This document shows positions 41,366-49,549 of a stretch of 56,411 nucleotides of DNA, piece after piece. The notes under the pieces were generated by a model, which saw nothing but the letters and a program-made list of their open reading frames with translations, did not search any database and was not told the DNA's origin. The position numbers were made by a program, and so were the translations under genes. How positions within the stretch are numbered: the first letter of the stretch is position 1; every line of letters begins with the position of its first letter. This DNA comes from a virus (taxonomy: Duplodnaviria; Caudoviricetes): positions 1 to 56,411 of the IMG/VR virus record IMGVR_UViG_3300003873_000009; one strand, given 5' to 3'.

Positions 41366-42943
41366 TTATTCCTTATAAGTTTTTAGATATTCTTCGTAGA
41401 ATTTCCAAGAACATCTAGGTGTATTCTTTTTAAAATATTCGTAATCTTCAAGATTTTCTATTACTTTAGTAGCTGATATATCACCATCTGTTCTAGGGAT
41501 TTCATATACATCCATTCCATAATTTTTTTCTAACATTTTTTTATATCCATCTACTCTATCAGAACCAGCTATAATAGTGGTAATCTCATTTTGAGATTTT
41601 CTCATAATAGTAAAGATATTCCCTGTAGAACTATTAAGAATCTCAATATCCGGAAAGCAATGCTTCATAATTTCATTCCTAAGCTCTTTAGTACCCTTAG
41701 TTTCTTTAGAAGATACTATATTTACTGTTACAGTATCATATTTAGCGGTAGCCTCTTTTATCATATCATAATGAGCTTTAGTAAGAATTCTAAATTTACC
41801 TAAAATTAATGCTCCAGATGCTACATCTTTTGATAATCTCATTCTAAAAGTTAGCGCAATATCGTCCTTAATCTGCTCTTCTGATTTTTTAATATGTTCA
41901 ATAGATATTTTAGTATTTTTCAATTTCTTATTAAAAGATATCACCGCATCTGCAAAATTAGATTTATCTATATCTTTTTGAAATACATCTATAAATTTAT
42001 TTACTTCTTTATAGTAATTATCTTCATACTCTTGATCACCTCTATACTGATCTTTAATTCTATTACGTGCTACTTGATCTGTTTGATATGGTTGTTGAAA
42101 CTTAATTAATCTATCATTAAATTTAACTACAACACCTTCTTCTTTACCACCGTATTTAGACTCCACATCTAGAAACATCTGGGAAATCTTTTCTATAATA
42201 TCTTCTCTAGAATCCCAGTTAATATCGGTACCTCTATAGAGTTTCTTTAGTTCATCGTCAATAATTCCTGATGTAAATGATTTTCTGGTACCTAAAATAC
42301 CTTTAAAAAGTACTGCTGGAACGTCTAATTTCATCTCTTTAGCATATTGATCTCTCTTTTCAGTAAAGAATCCTGAAGGCTTAGTAATTAATCTTCCATT
42401 TTTCTCTGTCCAAGTACTTTTAGAATATCCAATTAAAACCATACCATGTTTTTTAGTATAATTAGAGGATAGTGTAGGTTTTCTCATTAGAAATTCTACA
42501 AATAACTCAGTACCTGTTGGAATTGAATTCTTTCGAAGTTTTCTTAAATGATTCCAGACAAAAGCAAATTGAGAATTTCCTATACTTTTTGTTTTAATTT
42601 TATTTTTAGGAAGATATTCAAACTCATTAGGATATACTATGTCACCTTTATATGATACGATATAGTCCCTTTCTGCTACTCCTGAATTATCCTTCTTAAT
42701 AATAGTTACCTTAACACCATCTGTCTTATGTTCTACTACTACATTAGAGGTAAGAAATTCTTCTTTCTTAGAGTCATTAGTAAGAAATTTTTTAGCATTT
42801 TGAATACTAATATCTAGCTGACCCTTTCCTTCAAGAATATATCTCTTGAATTGTTTTCGAACCTTGCTAACTATTTCATTAGAATGGTTTTCAAAATTAT
42901 CTTTAGTAACATTAGAGGATTTATAGAAATCAGAGAAGCCCAT
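41366..42943 (-). CDS. ATP-dependent ligase-like domain fused to a cytidylyltransferase-like (HUP) domain
   Basis: EHKTDG (motif I), FVEF (III), EEGVVVK (IV), IKF (V); then GKFRILTKAH, GSDR and ISATKV. Confidence 0.65.
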   Translation of the reverse strand: MGFSDFYKSSNVTKDNFENHSNEIVSKVRKQFKRYILEGKGQLDISIQNAKKFLTNDSKKEEFLTSNVVVEHKTDGVKVTIIKKDNSGVAERDYIVSYKGDIVYPNEFEYLPKNKIKTKSIGNSQFAFVWNHLRKLRKNSIPTGTELFVEFLMRKPTLSSNYTKKHGMVLIGYSKSTWTEKNGRLITKPSGFFTEKRDQYAKEMKLDVPAVLFKGILGTRKSFTSGIIDDELKKLYRGTDINWDSREDIIEKISQMFLDVESKYGGKEEGVVVKFNDRLIKFQQPYQTDQVARNRIKDQYRGDQEYEDNYYKEVNKFIDVFQKDIDKSNFADAVISFNKKLKNTKISIEHIKKSEEQIKDDIALTFRMRLSKDVASGALILGKFRILTKAHYDMIKEATAKYDTVTVNIVSSKETKGTKELRNEIMKHCFPDIEILNSSTGNIFTIMRKSQNEITTIIAGSDRVDGYKKMLEKNYGMDVYEIPRTDGDISATKVIENLEDYEYFKKNTPRCSWKFYEEYLKTYKE

Positions 42944-43255
42944 TTATAATTCTTCCTTCTCTTCTTTATTGTCCTCAGGTTCTACAGATGCAGGAAGAAC
43001 ATCAAATCCTAGAGTATCTAACTCTCCATCTCCAGTACTATCGAACTTTTTCAAATTAAGAGTATATGCATTATCTCCAACAGTAATATCATAGGTCTTT
43101 ACAACATCTCCATCCATATTCATATTTTCTATATGTTTAAAGTTATAGAGATCTTTTCCGTATTTATTTTCCATCCATTTAAGAGCATCTTTTACTGCTT
43201 TATCGAGATTGAATTCCTCATTAATTCGCTTTTTAAATGTTGAGAATCTTATCAT
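42944..43255 (-). CDS. Hypothetical late protein
   Basis: Late promoter at 43285-43292; MIRFSTFKKRINE start. Confidence 0.65.
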   Translation of the reverse strand: MIRFSTFKKRINEEFNLDKAVKDALKWMENKYGKDLYNFKHIENMNMDGDVVKTYDITVGDNAYTLNLKKFDSTGDGELDTLGFDVLPASVEPEDNKEEKEEL

Positions 43256-43313
43256 ATTTTGTCCTTAAGAGACTTTATTTTAAATATTTATAAAATAAAA
43301 ATCTCTCTATTTC

Positions 43314-43658
43314 TTAAGATTTTCTAACGTCTTTTACACGAATTCCATCAATTCTGTCGGATGTAGTCATAAGATAATATGAACCATCTTCTTCTCTCTT
43401 AATCATTCCTAAATCAAAAGAATTTTGAGGTGGAAAATATACAATATTTCCAATTTCTACATTATTAGCTTCAGGTCCCTTAGAGACAACTTCTCCAAAA
43501 TAAGGTCTATCAGACACACTATCTGCTTTTACTGCTAAAACAATTCCGGTATCAGATGTAAGTTTTGTTTCATCAACAGGTGATACTCTGATAACTAAAA
43601 TATTAGATTGTGGTGCAAACTCCCACCATTCAATCCATCCATTATTCACTTCGTTCAA
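43314..43658 (-). CDS. GroES-like co-chaperonin (gp31-like)
   Basis: P....LVI...TGIVL...GEVVSKGP....V..G..V. Confidence 0.8.
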   Translation of the reverse strand: MNEVNNGWIEWWEFAPQSNILVIRVSPVDETKLTSDTGIVLAVKADSVSDRPYFGEVVSKGPEANNVEIGNIVYFPPQNSFDLGMIKREEDGSYYLMTTSDRIDGIRVKDVRKS

Positions 43659-43776
43659 TTAAGACTCCTTTTAGTTTTCAATATTATAATAGAATAGTCT
43701 TAAAGATTTATAAATACTAATAAGAATAAGGAGAATATTTATGATAGTTAAAAATATAGGAATAGAGGGAATATAA

Positions 43777-44424
43777 ATGGCAGTAAGATTTTCAATTAGA
43801 CAAGGACAGAATGTACCAACAGTATCAGACCTAGAACTTTTAGAATTAGGTGCAGATTTAACAGATGCTAATAATCCTAGAATATATACTAAAACATCGT
43901 CCGGTATTCATCCTATTGGTGTAGGAGATGCTTTAACACTTGGAGAAATTACTCCAGATAATTACGCACGTACTGATATTAATGAAGTATTTAATCAGAA
44001 CGTGACAGTTAATGGTACTCTAGATGCTACTGCAGAACGTGCAAAATATGCAGATATTGCTGAGTATTATGAAACTGATGAGGAGTATAAAGCTGGAGAT
44101 ATCCTAATGGTTGGTAGTGATACAGAAGCTACTATTGCAGATGGTACTAAAATGATTATGGGAGTTTGTTCTACAGCACCAGCTTATCTTATGAATACTA
44201 AAATTCAAAACGAAGAGGTCGAACACTATGCTCCTTTAGCACTTAAAGGAAGAATTCCTGTTAATATTACAGGTTCTGCTAAAAGAGGTGATTATATAGT
44301 ATTAGATAAAAAGAATCCAGGAAAGGGTAAAGCTGTTAAGACATATCCTAAACAAGATATTGAAAAGGTACTCATAGGAGTTTGTATAACTCCAGGAAAA
44401 GGTACATGTGAGGTGAAAGTATAA
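43777..44424 (+). CDS. Minimal fibre-like protein with peptidase G2-type intramolecular chaperone domain
   Basis: Fibre anchor N-terminus; ADIAEYY...GVCSTAPAYLMN...ALKGRIPV...GDYIV; late promoter at 43709. Confidence 0.6.
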   Translation: MAVRFSIRQGQNVPTVSDLELLELGADLTDANNPRIYTKTSSGIHPIGVGDALTLGEITPDNYARTDINEVFNQNVTVNGTLDATAERAKYADIAEYYETDEEYKAGDILMVGSDTEATIADGTKMIMGVCSTAPAYLMNTKIQNEEVEHYAPLALKGRIPVNITGSAKRGDYIVLDKKNPGKGKAVKTYPKQDIEKVLIGVCITPGKGTCEVKV

Positions 44425-44561
44425 TGAAATTTAGAGAATTATTAATAAGAGTTAGAAATAATATAACCCCTCACATCATACAAGAATATATAATAGAAAA
44501 GAACTGATAATTTAAGTCTTCTTTAATTTTATTTTTATATAATAAAATAAAAAGGAGACAT

Positions 44562-45695
44562 ATGTCTCAATGTCAATCTTCTTGTAATTCTGATTCAATC
44601 CATATAGATATTAATACTACTTCAATTTGTAATATCGCCTGTACGTATTGTAGTGAAGGGAATGAATGTGGACTCTCTTCTCTATATCTTAAAAATACTC
44701 AAGTCAAAGTTGAAGATTTAATTAATAGGCTTGGAAAAGATCCTGCTAAAGGTAAAACTATTAACTTCTGGGGTGGAGAGCCGTTTGTTAATTTCAATTT
44801 TTGTAAACTAATTATAGAGGAATTTAAAAAAGATTCTTCATTCTCCTTCTTTTTCTATACAAATGGTATTCTTGTTCCTGATCATATAGAGGAACTTAAA
44901 AAATGGAATGAAGAATTTGGAAAAGAATTAGGTTATGACGGACAACCTAGACTTATAATTCAAATTTCTTATGATGGTAAATATCTTACTGATAATATTA
45001 GAATTGATAAGTCTGGAAAGGGTACCTCAGATAGAGTAGAAAAAGCTTTTAAACTTCTTAAAGAAAATGATATAGAAACTTCCTTAAAATCTGTAATTTC
45101 TTCAGATGGTTTTGATTATCTATATGATAGTTTTATAAGTTGTTATAAACTTCAAGGATATTATAATCCTACTCCTGACTTATGGTCCGATAGAACAGAA
45201 GATGAATTTCAAAAAGACTTAGAGGTATTAGAAGATCAACTTTCTAAGATTGCTGCTTATATAATAGCTAGAAACTTAAAGCCAGATGTCTTCTCATGGT
45301 TCGGAAGATCAAGAGCTATTTGTTCTGTAGGTTCTAATATGATTTCTGTAGATTTAGATGGAAAATTATATCCGTGTCATGCTCTCCAATATAAGGGGAG
45401 GGACGAACATGTTGTAGGAACTCTTGATAATTTTACAGAAGTAAAAGAAAAAACAATGAAGGCTTTTAAAATAATTAATTCCCATCTTCCTGAAGAGTGT
45501 CAAAAATGTAATGTTAACTTTTGTATGAAGTGTCAAGCTGCAAATTATGATAAGAGTAATAAAGAATCATATCATGAAAAATTTACAGACTATCAGGCTA
45601 ATTGGCAAGTATGTAGACTATTCAAAATGAATGATAAATATAATAAAACAGTTAATGCAGTACTTAATAATAATATAAATCTAGGAGATATTTAA
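44562..45695 (+). CDS. Radical SAM/SPASM protein 1
   Basis: CNIACTYC, FWGGEP, TNG, ISYDG; SPASM cysteines CSVG...PCH...CQKC....CMKC...C. Confidence 0.92.
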   Translation: MSQCQSSCNSDSIHIDINTTSICNIACTYCSEGNECGLSSLYLKNTQVKVEDLINRLGKDPAKGKTINFWGGEPFVNFNFCKLIIEEFKKDSSFSFFFYTNGILVPDHIEELKKWNEEFGKELGYDGQPRLIIQISYDGKYLTDNIRIDKSGKGTSDRVEKAFKLLKENDIETSLKSVISSDGFDYLYDSFISCYKLQGYYNPTPDLWSDRTEDEFQKDLEVLEDQLSKIAAYIIARNLKPDVFSWFGRSRAICSVGSNMISVDLDGKLYPCHALQYKGRDEHVVGTLDNFTEVKEKTMKAFKIINSHLPEECQKCNVNFCMKCQAANYDKSNKESYHEKFTDYQANWQVCRLFKMNDKYNKTVNAVLNNNINLGDI

Positions 45696-45696
45696 T

Positions 45697-46800
45697 ATGT
45701 CATTTGATACCTTTACACTAGAGTTAAAAATATCAGATCAGTGCTCTATGAGATGTCCGTACTGTTATGAAACATTTACAGATAAATATATGACTAAAGA
45801 GATCTTTGATGAATCTTTAGTAAAAATCATAGATATGATGGAACGATCAGGTACTAAAAAGCTTAATGTTAGTTTCTTCGGTGGTGAGCCTATGATGAAT
45901 TGGGATCTAATAGAATATGCTACTAAAGTGTTTAAAAAATTACCTATCGAAGTACAATTAGTAGTTATTTCTAATATGACTCTTATAGATAAGCATAAAA
46001 TTAAATTTCTTAAAGAAAATAATGTCGGTGTATCTTGGTCATTTGACGGTATTTCTTCAAACGAGACAAGACCTTTAGCCACTCAATTTATTAATCCTAA
46101 GGCCGATGGAACTAGATACTCTAACACATTAGAATTATATAACGATAAACTAAGCCTTATTAAGCAAATGACTAACGGATGTAAAGTAATGATATGGCCG
46201 GGTAATTCTCAACAAATGACAGAAAATTTAGAATTTTTCGTAGATAATGGTATTATAGCTCCAGATTATTCACTAGTACGTGACGATGTATGGACTAAAG
46301 ATGATATTATAAATTTTAAAGATGATTTGAGAAAACTAGGAGATAGATATATACAATATATAAAAGATGGAATATATGTAAATGTTGGATTCTTCTCTCT
46401 ATGTATTTTAGATAATGTATTTGGATTAACATTTCAAAAAAGATCTTTCGGTTGTTTTGCAGGAGTTCATGGAGCTGTAATGACAACTGATGGAAAATTC
46501 TATCCATGTGCAAGATTTTCAGATAAAAAGGTAATGGAAATTACTTCCGAATATCAGTTCAAGTACTGGCAAGATAAATTTAACCCTCAAAATTTTGATA
46601 AGTGTAAAGAGTGTGATTTATATAATGTTTGTAATGCAGGATGTACATATTCTCAAATCAGAAATGATAATAAACCTCTAGATAGTGTATGTGAGTTATT
46701 CCATATTATTCAGGAAGAGACTCAAAGAGTAGTACATGAATTGAGAGATGAACCAGTATTTCATGAAGTGATGAAGAACATCTTTAATAATATAGGATAA
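45697..46800 (+). CDS. Radical SAM/SPASM protein 2
   Basis: CSMRCPYC, FFGGEP, SFDG; SPASM CFAG...YPC...CKEC.....CNAGC...C. Confidence 0.93.
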   Translation: MSFDTFTLELKISDQCSMRCPYCYETFTDKYMTKEIFDESLVKIIDMMERSGTKKLNVSFFGGEPMMNWDLIEYATKVFKKLPIEVQLVVISNMTLIDKHKIKFLKENNVGVSWSFDGISSNETRPLATQFINPKADGTRYSNTLELYNDKLSLIKQMTNGCKVMIWPGNSQQMTENLEFFVDNGIIAPDYSLVRDDVWTKDDIINFKDDLRKLGDRYIQYIKDGIYVNVGFFSLCILDNVFGLTFQKRSFGCFAGVHGAVMTTDGKFYPCARFSDKKVMEITSEYQFKYWQDKFNPQNFDKCKECDLYNVCNAGCTYSQIRNDNKPLDSVCELFHIIQEETQRVVHELRDEPVFHEVMKNIFNNIG

Positions 46801-46804
46801 AAAA

Positions 46805-47026
46805 ATGAGTTGTACAAATTATGATAATATAAGTATATCAGATTTAGAAAATCAGTTAGAAGAAGCTAAAAAAGCATTAGTAGATAAAAAATATAAAAAC
46901 TATTCAGAAATGGAGCATCTTTTTGAGTATAATATAGATTTTAAAATTTTTTTAGAGGATATGTCCTATATTTTAGAGAAATCTAGGAATATAACTTCTG
47001 AGGAAGATTCATATAGGAGAGCCTAA
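46805..47026 (+). CDS. Small hypothetical protein in the radical SAM operon
   Basis: 73 aa, tightly packed, AGGA RBS. Confidence 0.65.
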   Translation: MSCTNYDNISISDLENQLEEAKKALVDKKYKNYSEMEHLFEYNIDFKIFLEDMSYILEKSRNITSEEDSYRRA

Positions 47027-47778
47027 TGAATTTTAAAAATATATTTAGGATTGAAAGAGATTCAGATGGAGAAACTCTCTTTATATTTTTTGATGACTTT
47101 AGGTTTCTAAAGAAAGCTAATTTTTATGATAAGCTAAAGAAAATTGATAGGTGTTATAGGAGATTTAAAAAAATATGTAAAGATCCTAAACTAAATATAG
47201 AATATCCTAAACCTAGCATTCATAGAGCTCTTGAAGCTGTACAATCATCTTATGATGAGGGTATAGGATATGCATATACCTTTGATGAATATGATTTAAA
47301 TACATACATATATCCTAACGTCAGAAGAGACCTTATAGTAAATGCTAAGTTAGTATATTATGATAAGCAGGATAGTAGGGATAAATTCTATTTAAGAGAG
47401 AAGATTATAGAAATATATAATGAAGATAATGATTATTTATCTAGAATTACACTTCTCTATAATTATATAATAAGACAGAAAGATAACTTATATGATATGT
47501 TATTTAATGAAGTAATACATTCAGATACTAGATTATCTTTTCAGTTAATATGGTTATCATACGATATATTAGATATTCAAGATTATAAGAGAATAATTAG
47601 TAGGGTATTTAAAAATTCTTCAGATTCGGAGAAAGAGCTGTTGAAGATGTTTTTAGAGTCTAGGATAGGAAAGTATAAGGATAATCCTAGATTTTTAAAA
47701 GCACAGGATACTGACGAGTCTAAAATAGAAATGGCTAAACAACTTCTTGAAGATATTTGGTATAGTAGAAACCTATGA
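47026..47778 (+). CDS. Hypothetical helical protein in the radical SAM operon
   Basis: Overlapping stop/start codons on both sides. Confidence 0.7.
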   Translation: MNFKNIFRIERDSDGETLFIFFDDFRFLKKANFYDKLKKIDRCYRRFKKICKDPKLNIEYPKPSIHRALEAVQSSYDEGIGYAYTFDEYDLNTYIYPNVRRDLIVNAKLVYYDKQDSRDKFYLREKIIEIYNEDNDYLSRITLLYNYIIRQKDNLYDMLFNEVIHSDTRLSFQLIWLSYDILDIQDYKRIISRVFKNSSDSEKELLKMFLESRIGKYKDNPRFLKAQDTDESKIEMAKQLLEDIWYSRNL

Positions 47779-48599
47779 ATAAAACTAATATAATCTATTT
47801 TACTACTTATTGTAATTTATCGTGTACATATTGTTATCAGCATATTCAAGGATATCCTCACTATATTCCTTCAAGAGAAGAATTAAAGAAATCTGCAGAA
47901 GATGTGATAAAAAGAGAAGGATTAGATAATCAATCTCTATTTATTTTATTTGGAGGTGAACCTACTACTAGATGGGAAGATGTTAAATTTTTTATGGATT
48001 ATACCTATTCTCTAAAAAAGAATGTTCAGTTTAATATAGTTTCAAATGGTATTAAATTTCTAGATAATGATTTTTTGAGAGATTTTCTAAACAATATTCA
48101 TTATAAAGAAGGTAGAATTCAGCTAGAGATAAGTTATGACGGACAAGTTGGTAATAGAGATAGAATCTATCCTAATGGTAAAAAATCTACAGAAGATGTA
48201 TTAGAGGTGTTATTTAAATTAAAAGAAATTGGTACTAAATATAGAATGAGATATACTGTACATAAAAATAATATCGAAATGTTAGAGTATGATTTAGATA
48301 AAATATGTAGATTTTTTAATCCAGATAGAATAGTATTAAGCGAGTATGAAGAAGATTTAACAGATAAAGAACTAAAAAAATTAGAGAATATTAAGAAATC
48401 TTTAATTAATAAATACTATAATAAAGAAATTATAGTTCCTATATGTATGAAGAATGATGAGATGTGTTCTATTTGTGGATTATGTGAAAAGAATATAGAA
48501 GATTTTTCACTATATTTAGGTAAAAATAATACAGTTAGAAAAAATACTATAGTTGGTAATTTTAATGACTTTAATGAAATGAGAGGAAATAATGAGTAA
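47775..48599 (+). CDS. Radical SAM protein 3 with short Cys-rich tail
   Basis: CNLSCTYC, LFGGEP, SNG, ISYDG; C-terminal C......CxxCxxC. Confidence 0.9.
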   Translation: MNKTNIIYFTTYCNLSCTYCYQHIQGYPHYIPSREELKKSAEDVIKREGLDNQSLFILFGGEPTTRWEDVKFFMDYTYSLKKNVQFNIVSNGIKFLDNDFLRDFLNNIHYKEGRIQLEISYDGQVGNRDRIYPNGKKSTEDVLEVLFKLKEIGTKYRMRYTVHKNNIEMLEYDLDKICRFFNPDRIVLSEYEEDLTDKELKKLENIKKSLINKYYNKEIIVPICMKNDEMCSICGLCEKNIEDFSLYLGKNNTVRKNTIVGNFNDFNEMRGNNE

Positions 48600-48948
48600 T
48601 TTAAGTTTAGAGGAAAGATCTAAAAAATTTTTAGATATTACATTAAAAATTAATAAAATAAGTGAAGAGTATAATGAGATAGATCCTCTAGTAGGATATC
48701 GATTTCAGGGAATGTTTAGAACTTTCATTACTCTGATGAAAGAGTCAGAAGGTAAAGATATGACTAATATAGAGATGCAAATAAAAGTTTTTGAAGAAAT
48801 GTTTGATTTTGATTTCTATAGTGAGGTTGAGAAGAAAGTTCGCGAAGTTCTAGGAAGTCAAGATACTCCTGAAGAAGATATAAATAAAGTAGATGATGAA
48901 ATCTTATCTAGTATTAAGAAAAATATTGCAGAATATCTAAAGGAATAA
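48592..48948 (+). CDS. Hypothetical acidic helical protein
   Basis: Overlaps the upstream stop; GAGGA RBS. Confidence 0.65.
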   Translation: MSNLSLEERSKKFLDITLKINKISEEYNEIDPLVGYRFQGMFRTFITLMKESEGKDMTNIEMQIKVFEEMFDFDFYSEVEKKVREVLGSQDTPEEDINKVDDEILSSIKKNIAEYLKE

Positions 48949-48949
48949 A

Positions 48950-49519
48950 ATGAGTTATGAGATAGAGATAAATCCTTTCGGTAGTACAGCATGGGATAAA
49001 GTTGTTTATAATATTCCTAGTACTCCTATTGGACAGATCATAGACGATCAAGATTGGAAATCTCTTCAGGATATCTTTAATCAGGAGGTCGCCAGAAGAA
49101 GAAATGAAAGACCTAATTTTGCTTTTTCTGGTGATGTTGGGGTAATTATAGACGATACACATTATAATCAATTTGCTGATGCTATGAATAACTTAAATGC
49201 ATATTATACTGGAGCGGATGGAGGAGCATGGAGTGGAATTTGTAGTGCTAATAACGTTGATGGAGGAATCTGGCATTGTAATAAAAATGCAGATAAGTAT
49301 GTTCCGGCAGTACCTCATGTATCTCCAGGTCAATTAATTACTGCAACTCAGATTAATAAGATTAGAGATGAGTTGATAGCTGCGGGGAATTCATGCTTTT
49401 GTAACTGTAATTACTGCGCCTGTAATTGTAATTTCTGCACATGTAATTGTAACTTCAGCTGTCCTTGTAACTGTAACTACAGCGATGAAAGACTTAAAGT
49501 ACAAATAACTTTTTTATAA
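48950..49519 (+). CDS. Cys-rich putative radical SAM substrate with (CxCNCN[YF])4-SDERLK tail
   Basis: 12 Cys in 29 residues (49394-49480); last gene of the radical SAM operon; AAGGA RBS. Confidence 0.7.
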   Translation: MSYEIEINPFGSTAWDKVVYNIPSTPIGQIIDDQDWKSLQDIFNQEVARRRNERPNFAFSGDVGVIIDDTHYNQFADAMNNLNAYYTGADGGAWSGICSANNVDGGIWHCNKNADKYVPAVPHVSPGQLITATQINKIRDELIAAGNSCFCNCNYCACNCNFCTCNCNFSCPCNCNYSDERLKVQITFL

Positions 49520-49549
49520 TTCTTTAAGCTTCCTACTATATAATATTAT

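Noticed and set aside
44424-44507. 27-aa ORF MKFRELLIRVRNNITPHIIQEYIIEKN as a RiPP precursor
   Set aside because: No Cys or repeat core, and too short to support as a gene, although it overlaps the upstream stop codon.
44562-48599. Radical SAM genes as QueE, NrdG or sulfatase maturase
   Set aside because: QueE and NrdG lack SPASM domains; no queuosine, NrdD or sulfatase genes are in the window, whereas a Cys-rich ORF is in the operon. Not excluded for targets elsewhere in the genome.
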